Assembly: GCA_028023455.1 (NCBI GenBank)
Contig: JAQFVV010000006.1
Coordinates: forward strand, 15,128,001 to 15,192,000
DNA from: Epiperipatus broadwayi
Lineage: Eukaryota > Animalia > Onychophora
Reading direction: 5' to 3'
DNA: 64,000 nucleotides
This document shows, one piece after another, positions 12,167-25,988 of the stretch. The translations under genes were made by a program, and so were the position numbers. The notes under the pieces are model-generated. The model worked only from the letters and a program-made list of their open reading frames with translations, was not told the DNA's origin and did no database searches. Position 1 is the stretch's first letter. Each line of letters starts with the position of its first letter.

Positions 12167-12590
12167 ATTGCAAAAGTCACAACTAATTTTATAAACAAAC
12201 CCTACTCTAACTTTAATATTACCCATCCTTGTTGAGTTACACATCCATTTCTCTAAAGATTCATTATTTTCCCATTCAATCTTAATATCATCAGGTAACT
12301 TTTCTTTTATCAATGTCTTAGGTAAATGATCTGAATATGGAATTGAAACCCACTTCCTATTTTTATGTCTATACATTACACTATCTTTTGTATTATTATT
12401 ATTTCTGAAAAAAAATATATATATTTTCTTTTATATCACATACTATCATAATCATTCTTAACTTCCAATTTCTGTTCAAATGTTTCTTTTATATTCAATG
12501 TTAACCAATCATTTCTTAACTTAAACCCTTTCAAAACTGCCATTTTCTGTGATCATGGCCAATAAGAATTTGGATCAATTCATAAAAGTG
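11850..12590 (-). pseudogene. Penelope-like element ORF remnant: RT thumb-linker and GIY-YIG endonuclease
   Basis: KWVSIPYSDHL...GFVYKISCDFCN, then a (TA)n/(GA)n tract, then DQAGKTAMERGKEHDTAMK*...HFLDTGHKMNWE, then after a frameshift CYETLYIQGNLNKCVNIVKG. This matches the PLE GxVYxIxCxxC-YIG / R-KEH / H-GH-NW / E-YI-N-G pattern. Confidence 0.8.
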
Positions 12591-12700
12591 ATAACAGGGA
12601 ATCCCCTGAATAAACTATCAACAATCATAATACTATGTGCAGGCATAGAGTGTAAATCAAAGACTTAATTGTTAGGGAATGGGAGATCAGAAAGAAGATA

Positions 12701-12793
12701 TTAAAATATTTGCTTTGAATTTAAGCTGCACCTTAATATTATGACTTCAAAATTTGAATAAAAATTGCAGCTTAAATTCAAAGTAATATGGTA
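12701..12793. mobile_element. ~93 bp pogo-like mini-MITE
   Basis: CTTTGAATTTAAGCTGCA ... TGCAGCTTAAATTCAAAG-TAATATGGTA, the same TIR as at 8116. Confidence 0.55.
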
Positions 12794-13409
12794 AATGCTT
12801 ATGAAGAGCAAAAAGATTTAAAAAGAAAATACAGCACAGATTATTTCATTGCACGAATATAACTACTGCAACTAAGTTAGCTGCATATAAAACTGTTATT
12901 TTACTTATTGTATGGATGGAAAACTAGGACATTTTATTGACACAACTACAAAGACATTAGGATTTTTTTTAAAAGATACTTTAAAATTTTTAAAATTTAA
13001 TAAGAATATAAAACCAATCAATATATTCTTCAAATTGTTGAATTTGATATTATATAGTCCACTATTACAAAATCATACCTTCATTTCATCAGACGTAAGA
13101 AATGAATGATCAACATATGCTAAGAGGTTGTTATATAATAGCTTTTAGTATGGTTTCTGGCAGATCCTGTTAGCTTTATAAAGAACAAATGTTGTTACTG
13201 ATTATTTTTCGCGTCCGGAATTAATTAAAAATTGATAAAAAATCCTCAGGAAGTGAAGCTAAGGAAGAAATTAAAAGCTTTTAATATATTTTGTAAAACA
13301 TTCTGGTGAAATTGTTACTATACATTACTATTAGCACAGCATTCCAATTCCTTTAATACTATATCTTTAAGATACACAGTTTAGATTGACCAACAATATT
13401 TTCACAAAG

Positions 13410-13760
13410 CAAAACTCTCCGTACAGTCATGCCACTCAGTGCATGCCAGAATAATCAATGGATACGTTTATGCATAAAATGTCTATCTAATGCTACTCAT
13501 CCAATATCCCCTGACTGTTTTCTAGCTTGTGGTTTTCATCAGTGAGGAGCATATTCTCGGGATACTGAATGAGTAGGCACTAGACAGGGGATTTTATTCA
13601 TTTCCAAGGCTCCTGTCTGATGAAAGCCACAAGCTAAAAACTAATCTGGGGATATTGGATAAACTGGCACTAGATACGAATTGTATGCACAAACCTTCTT
13701 GCATCCATTGATTACTCTGTCTTGCACTGAATGGCGCTACTGTATGGAGCGTTTTGCCTC
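13410..13760. mobile_element. Inverted pair of family A units with two degenerate HHRs
   Basis: Minus core at ~13505-13550 (CTGATGA...GAAAA-CAGTC) and plus core at ~13610-13652 (CTGATGA...AAAAC-TAATC). Confidence 0.8.
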
Positions 13761-14610
13761 TCTGAAAAACAGATTGTGTAAGTATAAAGAATGGTAATCA
13801 TTTAATATTTCTACTCCTTGAAGCCATGAATGATCATAAGGTTTATCCCATTTCCTGCTCTCAATAACATTGGTAGAATTTTTTAATTTAAATTGTTTGT
13901 GCAGCTTGCAGTAGTTGATTTAATTCAGGTATAAATACTGAAAAACTCCAGTGAGCTGTATGTACACTAACTGTCAGCTAATGGTATGCTTATATACGAT
14001 CAAAGCTGAAGTATAGATAATCTCATTCCATACCTATTTTCAGACGGGTGGTTTAAGTAGAGCTCCCTGGAGTTTCCGTAATTGCGCATTAATTTCATGT
14101 ACATTCAAGCTATCAAAAACTTGTATTTATAATGACTTAATATATCTTTTTTTCATTTTATCAACAATCACCTATTTAAACTTTTTCAAAGTATATGTAT
14201 TCAGATGCATATTCTTTTCCTTAAGGCATTTGAAAATTGTTAGCGGTTAATATATCATTTGTATATATAGAGGACTAATTAAAACTATTTATTTCTTCAC
14301 TTTTGTTTTTATTTATTAATGTCTTCTATTGATTGAAAGAATATTCCATATTTGTTCTATGCTTCCTTAATTGATTAACTTCTTACTATATCTTTGATTA
14401 AATTAATTTTCTCTTATTATCTGCCTTGAGATTGATTTAGGTCAACGCAACACAATATATATTACTACTACTTAATCTAATTTTTTGCATTTACAGCCTT
14501 GACATTTTTCACTTCGAATAGTAATTGTAATATCATACCTACACCAGATATAAATTTTAAATTAAAGTTAAAGACTAACATTATTTTAGTAAACAAAAAA
14601 TATATAAAAA

Positions 14611-14740
14611 ATTCCAATTCAGACTTTCACATGACTCTCAACTTTCCAAGGCATCTCCGATGATGTTCAGCTGTATCGGCAATATGAGATGGCTTGGAGA
14701 GTTGAGGGTGGTGTGAATGTGGGAAAGTCTGAGTTTGAAT
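14611..14740. repeat. Long imperfect hairpin (~130 bp)
   Basis: CAGACTTTC/GAAAGTCTG, CTCTCAACTTTCCAAG/CTTGGAGAGTTGAGGG, CATCTC/GAGATG. Confidence 0.75.
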
Positions 14741-15129
14741 ATCTTATGTATTACATTATATGTGTAGGTGTGTGTGAGTTTGTACAGTGTATTAAACAAG
14801 AAATAGTAATGGAATTAGATAACAATATCTGGATACAAACATTTACCAAATAATAACTAAGAGATGGGGAGAATTTGAGGCTCTTCGCATCACATATTGT
14901 TTTAGAATTGTTAATTAATTAAAAATTGATATATTGTTAGGAATGCTAACCTAATAAAGAATTAGAAATAATCATTAACGTCTTTATCTAAAATAAACTG
15001 TATCCATTTTACGAATAATATATTTTGTCATTTATATCTATATCTACATTTTAAGAATAAATCAGCACGTTGATGTCATGTGATGCACTGCGGCTTTCTT
15101 TATCGGAGTAAGGCATCTTGCAACCACAG

Positions 15130-15255
15130 CAAACTATAATAGTTTCATTCGGGGAACGCTATAGTTATCAATGGATGCAAGAAGGTTTGAGCATAAAATA
15201 CCTATCTGCCGTCTATTCATACAATATTTCCAAACTAGTATCTAATTTACACTGG
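15130..15255 (-). repeat. Degenerate family A fragment
   Basis: TCAATGGATGCAAGAAGGTTTGAGCATAAAATACC...CCAAACTAGTATCTA matches family A on the minus strand. Confidence 0.6.
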
Positions 15256-16939
15256 AGGGAGGGGCACTGCTATTTTAGGAGATTGTGGAGGCATAAGAAA
15301 TGGTGGTCATTTGATGTTTAATTTTTAAGAATGTATGGTAGAATAAAAGTTTTAAATACATGTAAAAAAACCAAACCCGTATATAAATTTGTAAGCATGT
15401 CGCTAACAATTTATTATTTTAAAACCATTTGCATGTGTGCATAACATTACTACACGTGTGCGTATGTATGTGTGTGCCTAAAATCAATATACATACATTT
15501 TGAATGTAAAATTGTTATTAATCGCAAATAAAGACAACATAAAATAAATACTTAAATTTTTTATTAAATAAAAAAATATCAAAATGATTTGAAAATGGAT
15601 TCCATTTTTTAAAATATCTATTTAGAATGAAAAATCCATCTTGTGGCTGAAATAACAAACATTTGAGTAACCATGGTAACAGGTTGATTGATAGCTAAGT
15701 GAAAATCTACATCACCAGATGATGATATTAACTTATTATCAATCTACTGTAATATAAATTGTTTGTCTTCGAATCAAACATCATAAAATGGGTACCTCAG
15801 TGTATTAAATCTATTCATTGTTCTTTTCAAGAAATCAAGATTTATAAATCTTCTGCACCAGCCTGAATCTATAGGAATTTTCATCACAGAAAGCAAACTT
15901 TAATTACTTCAGTGGAAATTCTAGGATTTCATAGAGACTGATTTGGGTGATTACTTCATTAGTCATTGTAAGAATTTAGACGAGATCCAAATAAATAAAA
16001 CTTTTAAGCATCGCGACCTTTAGATATTGACTATATAAAAATATAGTTACTTTAAAACAAGCCATGCTTTGGTTTTATAATGACAAAAGGCGTTCCACTT
16101 CTATTAACATTTGGTGTGAATATTTGTCTAAAATCGGGAAAATATCCAAGTCCGGTTTATATGTATGTCAAAATCGGGGTAATAAGTCACATTTCAGGAT
16201 AAAGAAAATTAAAAGAAGTCTGTCTTTTATTACAAAGACTAACATTCTTTCTGGTATCAATTTGGCGTGAAGTACAGATGGCATTTTAAGAGATTTTATC
16301 TCAATTGGTACTAGCAGTGGCATCGTGAAATAATTCCCATTTCATGTCACTGTTAAATATTGTTTACTTCTGAACTACGATGCTCTCTAATGGGACATCA
16401 TCAACCTTATCAAATGAAATATACGTGCTCGAAGTATACGTGCTCGATGGAATAACAAATATGCCATCCAATATATCTACGTTTGAAAATGCTGGTTTCC
16501 TCAACCAAAGAAACGTCAGGAGAATGGCAATGCTGACAAGAGCCACGTATATAAACACAACTGCAAGGCTGCCCATGAGACTGGAGTGAAGAATGATTTT
16601 CCAAAACGTTCTTCAATAAAAATTTCCAAGAAGCTGAAAAATATTGCTGCTTGAATCTGAGCAAAAATACAGCTATGACGTCATAATAGAAAGTCACTAT
16701 TTATTATTATTCAATAAAATTATATATATTATTGTCTTGAATAAACATTTATTTTTTATAATTATTTATTTTTAAGTTAATATTTTATTGGAAATTTTTT
16801 TAAAAATATATATATATACCAAAAATTCTTTCGTTGTAGCAAGACGTTTTATTAAAGAATGATATGGATACAAGTATAATAAAAAGAAAAACACACTTAT
16901 GTAAATGTTATTAATAAACTTAATTTTGTCAAAAACTGA

Positions 16940-16944
<5 letters not shown>

Positions 16945-16982
<38 letters not shown>
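16945..16982. repeat. (ATT)n microsatellite
   Basis: Direct reading. Confidence 0.9.
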
Positions 16983-16984
<2 letters not shown>

Positions 16985-18023
16985 CACTTATTTATTATTT
17001 GCAGTTTAAGTATTATCAACAACAAACTCTGTAAACAAGGATAGCCATTATAATTCCACACACACACACACACACACACAAAGACAGAAAAAAAGAAATA
17101 AAATATTAGGGATGTGGTTTAAGTAAGAATACAATAAGTAAGTACGCATAGCATATTTTTAATATATATCATTGATAATTTTTAATGGTATTTGTTACAT
17201 CTCATCTTGCCTTTCAAAAATGAACTACTACAGATTATGTCTTACTTGATCGGTTTGAGCATCCACCATCTCGAACTAATGCATGTACAATAAGATAACA
17301 CATAGCCACTGGCAAGAATGGGCCAATACATGATGATGCCCACTGAATCCGAATGTTTTCAATTAAGGATCGAAATCTGGCAATAAATAGTCTAGCTTTT
17401 TTGAAATAGGCTCAGAGAATTACTGTCACGGAGCTGAAAGACAGACCCATACACTAGTCAAGCTGTCATATACAGCCGAAAGTGTCACCAGGCCTACTCA
17501 TAAAGCAGGCTGTTACAGAACAGCTAGAAAGAATAGAAAATCTGTAAATGCACATGAAGTCCCTTCTGCCGTATTTCACCTTACATTTAGGGGCTATACC
17601 TCAACAACTGTTGCCTCTGGAAGGTGTCCATTGTATATATAATATAAATGCATAAATAATTCTGACGCGAAATATGCTTTCTTAAGTGTTTCAAAACTTT
17701 ACTTAATTGGAAAAATCCATTATTGTATTATCAATCATCTATTCGAATAAGAGTAAAGAATATTGTATTTTAGTAAGTTTCGTTGAGATATAATCTTCCT
17801 AACATAAATTATAATTGTGCCACTCACATGAAATTTATGTTTCAACTCAAAATAAAATATTTTTTTAGTAAGTTTATTACAGTTCATTCCCTTCTCAGGC
17901 CTACAAAAAATTAACATGAACTTATAATAATACAATACCAGGAATCGATAATCTGCAGCTCACGAGACGCCAACATAACGCATTTTATATTTTCAGTTGT
18001 AATATTTAAATATTTACATGACT

Positions 18024-18070
18024 CGAGAGAGAGAGAGGGAGAGAGAGAGGGAGAGAGAGAGAGAGAGAAA
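18024..18070. repeat. (GA)n microsatellite
   Basis: Direct reading. Confidence 0.9.
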
Positions 18071-21000
18071 GAGAAGCTATTTTTCTTGTTGCTTCTAAGA
18101 TTTAGCTTTATTACAAAATAACAATTATTGGATAAGGTAATGTTTAAATTGTAGAAGTTGATGAAGAATATAAACAGTCAATTTTGTTCTTTTTGTCTAT
18201 TTCTTTTTTAAAAAATTTCAACTTTCGTTAAAATAAATATTCAATAGTACCACAATCTTTGAGAAGTCAATATTTTTTATCATTCTATTTTTCATCTTCT
18301 TTGCCACACTTTTTTGAGAGGCATGTTTAAACCAAATGCATCTGCAGATTTAGAAGGTTGTAGAATCCTACATATTGATTCTTTCTATAATCTTGCTTTC
18401 AGTGATTTTAAAATCTTAAGAATGCACAATTTGTGCGTGCATTATTACGCAATGTAAATACAGTTTATTATTTAATCATATAAATATCATGTAGTCAATA
18501 TACGAATAAAATAGTTCATTATCATACTATTGTAGAAAATCTACAAATGCTATATTAAATTTAAATATGCTAATCACAAATAATTATTCATATACAACCC
18601 TTCTCCTCCGGCTAAGATCTTTTCGTGTGCTGATGTATAAGGCAGCATAATATTGGCGCGTGTGTTTTGTCTACTACATCGCAGCAGAGTGTGTGCATAC
18701 TGTTGATAAAATAATTGCCATACTTTAAGTTGATGGTTTGCAACGTATATATTGCAATTGTACCAGAATTAGGGAATGGAGAACTTTCTTCATTTAAAAT
18801 ATAAAGTTAATGGATTATAATTATTTAGTGTGCGGCATGTACAAATTGACACACACGGAAGCAGAAGCTTATTTATAATCTTTATTTTTTTTTTTATTTG
18901 TTACTGATGTTTAATAAATCTATTTTGTTACTTGAAATTGTACTTGAATTTTATTTAATGTTACCGATGACTTGCCAATTAGAATTGAGATAATACCGTC
19001 AGGGCATAGCAAAGACATGAAATTCAAATAGAATATTTTTAATATACTATATATATTGGAAGTCCGCTTTCAGTTTCGATTTAATTGAAGATCCTATACA
19101 CAACTAATTTGCCTGTAAGGCTTATACCTCCTTTATATTCTTTTTGACTTGTTAAATGTAACAACAGAACATTGAACCTGTGCTAAAATTTTAGCGTCGA
19201 GTTATTGGGCTATTTTTAAAAATTACCAAGAGATTTAAATCCATTTATATTCTTAAATTAAAAAACTATATGGAATGTTTCAGGAGTTTCTTCCAATATT
19301 GGCGGATAAAGAACTTCACGTTTATGTATACTAACTACGCATCAAATATCCATAATGGTTGCATGCAACCGATGATATCATTTTGCAGATTAGCTTTTGA
19401 ATTGGAAAAAATACTTCAGTCATATCATACTGTAAATTCATAAACCAACATGGTGAATTTCTTATTGTGCTTTTAGTTAATTCAAATTGAAATTTATCTA
19501 CCAACTTGAAACATAACCCTTTATGAAGCAACCTATAAGTATTCCAAATACCATTGTCAAAAGATATACCCAACTTTGGAAATATTGCACACAATTGGTT
19601 ACTATCAGATGTTTTGAAATGTCTTGCTTATAACAATGGGTGTTCTTAATGAATCATGTAAGAACGGCTGAATACACATAACCAACTTTACCAGTCACCG
19701 CTTAATTTCAAATCTTGCTAATGACATGGTTTCAAAATTCAGTCATTTTACATGACTAAATCCATAAAATCAATACATATATCCTAATTTGGTTCCTGTA
19801 TTTTGCTCTGATAATTCTTAACAGGAAAACTTGATGTCTCTACTGTTCCTTGATTTTCTAAAACCACCCTAAATCACTGCAATATCTCTATCTGAAAGCA
19901 AGTTACCCAGCAAATATTTTTAAACTACTTGTTGTCATAAACAACTATTAATCGTTTAACAACTCTACAAGTCTTTTCTACCTTTGGAGTATAATTAATG
20001 GAAATGATAATGGTACCTTTTAAGATAAGCATGAACCATATCCTGAAACATATAATTCTTAAAAATGATCAATGAATTTGAGCCAAAATATGATCACCCA
20101 TATTTAAACTTTTCAGGCATCTTCCTCAGACCCTGCTTCTATTTTTAGAATCACAAAAAACTCTTGTGATTTTACTAAGCTAGATTTTTTTGTTTGAACT
20201 ATATTTTAAATGACTCCATTTATGTTTTATTATCCAAAAGATATCAAAATAATTTTTCTACTTCTTCGAAACTTCATTAACTATTAGAAGACTCTCAATA
20301 ATTAAAAAGAATTTTATTATAATAAAAGATTTTTTATTATATTATTTATTATATAGATATAAAATTAGTAATTTTAAAGGAAGAATTATCACACATTTCA
20401 ATTATTTTTATTGATTTGTTATAATTATTGTTAATCTATAAAATAATAGCATAAAGACAGTATATATCTATATAGAAAATAAAGCACTGTTCATAGACTG
20501 GAGATTAATATCTGTCATAATTAATCTTTAGTTTCCAAAATGGTCTGTCCTCACCTCTTTTCGATATATATACATTCAAGTGTCATAATGACACCTGTCT
20601 ATAAAAAATTTTATATTATAAAAATGAATGCCAATCAATGTTCTTTAAAATAAATTGTTATATGCATCCGCGTCAAAAATCATGACAAGAGTGGGCTGAG
20701 AAAGGAGTAGTAAAAGGTTGGTTGTGTTAAATTGGGGTTGTATTGTTGAGTTGTTAGAGGTATCTATCCATAATTTTTTTTGGAAATAAAATGGCACTCT
20801 AAAAAATTAAGGTATGGCATAATAATAAAATTTATGGATGAGATTGAATATAATTTTTTAAGAATTGAATTTGGTCCTCGAATCATCAGCGAATGTAATC
20901 TGCATATCTTATATTAAAAATGGTATAAGTGATGTATGATTTGATCATCATCATCATTCTTAATTAAATCTAATTATGCTGTCTGGATAAAAAATACTTT

Positions 21001-22173
21001 AAGAAAAAATTAATGCAAGGGTAAATATTTAGTCTAATATCTACCCATATATGTAAAATTAAATTGCAAGACAACAGAATAGGAAAATGACATGTTAACC
21101 ATATTAAAAAACCCCTTTATTGAGCTAACAGAGATAATCAGTGGGAATATTAGCTCACTACTGTTAATGATGAAAAATCTTGCAGACCATTGCGGGTTCG
21201 CGTCCCAGCCGATGCTATGACACTTAAAAAAAGAATGTAGATATTAAGACGAATGTCTTTACCAACACTAAGATAGAGTAGAAGAAATATCTTGGAGGCA
21301 TAAAGTTGATGAAAAAATTCTTAGTCTAAATTTACAGAAACCGTATACGTCTTCAAACAGTAAATTACCTATTGAAGAGGAAAGACCTGTGCCAATTAGG
21401 ACTATAGTTAGACTATGAACAAACAAAAAAATATTTTAAATAATATATCAATTTGGAAAATAGAAAAAGGGCCATAAAGGGAAATAAATAATCAGAACAA
21501 AAGATTACATTTTTAGTATTCCGTATAGGAAATACATTTTAATGAAAAAATCTATTAACAACTGAATTTTTATCAGTTAATGAATTCTGAAAAATAAATG
21601 CATTTGCAAACAAATTATTTGTCAAAATATTAAAATTTCAATTATTTTTGCAAAGAAAAAACAATAAAAAAGAGTGAGTACAGTTTTGGCAATGAGCATT
21701 ATTTCATTTTTAAAGTTTCCTACTAAAAAACGAATGCATTCAAATAAAAGCTTAATTGTAAAGATATCACAAAACGTCTGAGGTAGAAATATTTAATTAA
21801 ATTTTGCAAAAATAAAAATATATTGATAAACAAGTTCGGTGTAAAGTTCTGCTTTCTGATATTACAAATAACTAAAGTTAAATATCTATACTAAAAACTT
21901 TATCATTTAATTTTTTGAATTGATTTTCCATTGAAATATACTGATATCTACGTATTTTTGTTAGAACTGAATTCATTAAGGACATATTTTATTTCGTTTT
22001 TATCTATCAAATAAATACAAAGTGTTGAAAAATATAACAGTAAACTGCAATTGGTTTCTTTGAGTCAAATTCATTCTATTTCCATGGTAGTCACAGTCAA
22101 AATGATGATATGTATAGGGAAATAATATTTAAACATGAGGTATTGGTTTTCATTATGCCTATATTGGCTTAAT

Positions 22174-25018
22174 ATCATCATCATCATCAACCATTATCAA
22201 TCCACTGCAGGATAAAGGTCACTAGAAAGTTCAATCCATCTTCTCCGATCTTTAGCTTCTCTTCTCCACATCACCCTTTCATCGCTCTAACATGTGGTCT
22301 CTTTCTGGGTCTTTTACAATTTCTTGGAATCCAGTTTCAGATTTCATTTGCCCATCTATTACCATCTGTTCTACCAATTTGTGCCACCCAACTCCACTTC
22401 AATCTTTTAATTTTTTCAATGAGGTTAGCAACACCTGTATGTTCTCTTCCCCATACATTGCGTTTTCAATCTTTTTTGTTACTCCCAACATGCATCTTTC
22501 CATACTTCTTTGAGTGGTCTGATGTCTCTGTATTGTTCTTCTATTTAGTGCCCAAGTCTCAGATCCATAAGTAAGAACTGGTTATACACATTTATTAAAA
22601 ACCTTTCTTTTCACCACATAGGCATATTTTCTTCTAGTATCAAGTTATTTCTATCAAAAGCACTCCAACCAAGTTTAATTCTATGATTAATTTCATCCAT
22701 TATGTTTCCCGCTATATTAATAATCTGACCAAGGTATTTGTAACTGTTAAGTTCTTCTAACTCATCATAATCAATCTTTATTTTCATATTTTGAGAAAAT
22801 CTATTAAACATTACTTTAGTCTTTTTAACACTTATCTTTAGTCCTACTTTCCTGCTTTCATCTGATAAGTCCTGCAACATTTCCTGCAGCTCTGAAGCAT
22901 TAGGTGCAAAAACAACTATATCAAATACAAAATCTAAATGACTTAAATAATCTCCATTTACTTTCATCCTTTAGCTTCCCATTTTAATCCACAAAATACT
23001 TCTTGCAGCACTGCTGTAAAACGTTTTGGGGATATAGATACACCCTGTCTTACACTCTTCACAGTGTTGACTTTCTCAGTAACATTATGTAATCTAATGG
23101 TTGCTGTTGCATTTTTATAAATATTCTTTAAAATATGACAATATTCTGGATCAATACCTTGATGATGTTTGTAGAATCAAATGCCTTTTCATAATCTACA
23201 AATCCTAAGCATAATGGCAACTCATATTCATTTGTCCTTTCTATAACTTCTCTTAATACCTGGATATGATCTACTGTACTAAAACCACTTTTAAATCCAG
23301 CTTGTTCTCTTGGTTGGTGGAAATCCAGTAGACGAGCTGTAATTATCTTAGTAAAAATTTTGTATAAAACTGATAAAAGGCTGATAGGTCTGTAATTTCT
23401 AATATCTTTATCACCTTTTTTAAATATTAATATTAATACTGCATTCTTCCAATCATTCGGTACATCTTTATCATTTAGACATTTGTTATATAACTTTGCT
23501 AAAAAAATTTCTATTTCTTCACCTGCTTCTTTTAATATATCAATTGTAATTCCATCATTACCTGGAGCCTGGGCAATTTGGAAGATGTAATAGATATAGG
23601 AGGTACTTGATCTTTATTACTATATAATTCTTGATAAAAGTCTTCTACCCATTTCATGATGTCATCTCTCTTTTTAGTAATAATTCCATTTTTTTTTCTT
23701 ATTGCAGATATAAATTTCCTACCAATACCCAAATGTTGTTTTACATTCTTGAGACTTTTATTTTCTTCTACAGCGTTCCTTGCTAGTTCATAGCTATACT
23801 TTCTTATATCATTTTCTACTCTTTTCTGCACCATTTTACAATATTCGAGATATTCAATCCTTTTTAATGCATCATTTTTGTGTATCTTCATATTCCTTCT
23901 TTTCTTCATAAATTCTCTAGTCTCAGCAGAAATTGTATTGGTCAATTGCTGCTTTTTTCTACCAGCTATCTTTGTTGCAGTTTTTAAAAGTATATCAGTT
24001 ATTTTCATATTAATTTCATTCAAATCTTAATCATGTTCAAAATCTACTAATACTTGAAACCGATTTGTAAGTTCTAATTTAAATTCATTAGAATGTTTCT
24101 GAAGATTAGGAATATCAACTATAAATATTGTTTTCCTTAATAATTTTTGTCTCTCTAGTTTTGCATTAAGATGTATCTTACATCTTACTAATCGATTATC
24201 ATTTCCTGTGTTAAATTTATTAAGAACATTACACTCTTGAAATATATATTTTCTGTTAGTCAAAATATAATCCAATTCTGCTGTACCTTCATTTGGATGC
24301 TTCCATGTTCATTTCCTTTTAACATATTTTCTTAAAAAATGAATTCATAATATAAAGTTTTTCTTTTTCTCCAAACTTCACAAGTCTATGTCCTCTCTCA
24401 TTTCTATTACAATTACCAAAATTACCAACACCACTTTGGTCTTTCATTTGTTTACCAATTCTACTATTAAAGTCTCCCATAACAATTTTAAAATGTTGTT
24501 TCCTCTGATCAAACGCCTTTTGTACATCCATATAAAAATCTTCTATTACTTCTTCACTATGAAACTTGTTGGGGCATAAACCTGAATTATCTGCATTTGG
24601 TATCTGCTATTAAGTTGTATAACTAATCTTGCCACTCTGTCCGATACACCGTCAATCTCCGCAATGTTGTTCTTCCACTTTTTATTTATAATGAATCCTA
24701 CTCCACTTGTATTTCCAATATTTGTGCCTTTAGAATAGAGTACATGTCCTCTTTTTAAAACATTTGTCTTTTCACCTTTTTTGTAACCTCACAAAGTCCA
24801 ATAATGTCCCATTTAATATAAGACAGTTCTTCTTATTCTTGCAATCTTCCTTCATTTGAAAATGAACTGCAGTTGTAAGTACCTAAATAAAGAGGCATCA
24901 TCAAATGAAAGCCTGAGGGATACTTAGCACCCTCCACCTTCGGCCACCAACCACTGCCATGGTTGGTGACTTTACAGCCTTTTGGAAATAAGGGCCATGA
25001 TTTATTTTTGTTTGTCAT
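22174..25018 (-). mobile_element. Near full-length degenerate RTE-clade LINE (EN-RT) with (TGA)n 3' tail
   Basis: EN motifs (MGDFN, DYILTN), RT motifs (YRPISLLSV, QAGF, GVSISPKRF, YLSHLDFVFDIVVFA, YKYLGQII), 3' YGSETWAL, and an (ATC)n tail at 22174-22189. Many stops and frameshifts. Confidence 0.92.
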
Positions 25019-25449
25019 AATTGTATATATGTATTGGAAAAATATTTAACATTAACACAAACCTTCATTCTGCCTGATCAGGCAACTGAGAAGTAAACCC
25101 ATGGTGTTTCTTGATCTTAAACTCAAGGTAAAAAGCCAATAAACTCACCACACTGGCTAATGCATGTTGGTGAGCAGCCCATTCATGTTTGTATATTATA
25201 TGAATAAACACATAGTAATAACAGCTGCAATGACAAGAAAGTATGGAGTGGACATTATAGTGTATTCAAAAAGTAATGAGTAATAGTTTCATTATGACCA
25301 CATATGAACATGTGGCATCGAGCTTAAACTCTTGCCAATAAAAAAACATCAGTGGAAAAAGCTTTAATATTAATTTTATAATATTAATATAATTTATATT
25401 CTTTATTGCTTTTTACAATGCTTTTAACAACTCACTGTTTTAAAACCCA

Positions 25450-25495
25450 CTACTGGATATTTCAATTGCCCCAGCAGTTTTCCTCAGAACTATAA
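25450..25495 (-). ncRNA. Decayed PLE-type hammerhead-like motif (paralog of 7605-7655)
   Basis: CTGAGGA-A-AACTGC-TGGG-GCAATT-GAA-ATAT-C. Helix II pairs at 5 of 6 positions; stem I is weak. Confidence 0.45.
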
Positions 25496-25988
25496 CAAAC
25501 ACAATACATAGTAAAAAGTAATAAAGACCATAAATGATATTAGTATTATATGGATTTGGCAATGCAATAAGAAAGATAAAGTTTATAATATTAATTTTAA
25601 TGAGATGTTCCAAATATTTTAGTTATAAGAACCAATTTATGAATTTTTAATAAGTGAGTAAATATTCCTATGGAGCTTTAACTCAGAATTATCTTTCAAC
25701 TTGAGAAGCCGAAGGTTACCATTACTTCATTCCAATATTTAAGTTTGTTTTTAAACAAAGAAAGGAAGGTAATAATGTATTTGATCATAGATATTAGATA
25801 TTTAATACCATCTTTTATATCTGAAGACTTAGAAATATGGACTGAGGTGTTTCTTTATCTTTAATTATCATTTTATATTTTTTACACTTAAGTCATCCAT
25901 AAAAATCTTGACAACAGTTCTTAATCTTACTATAACATGATTTACCTTTATAACCTCTCTAGCATTTTGCTATTTAAGATTTATTGTC

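Noticed and set aside
19300-20200. Coding-like minus-strand stretch (ORF 19331-19594)
   Set aside because: Many stops and no recognisable family motif; needs a frameshift-aware search.
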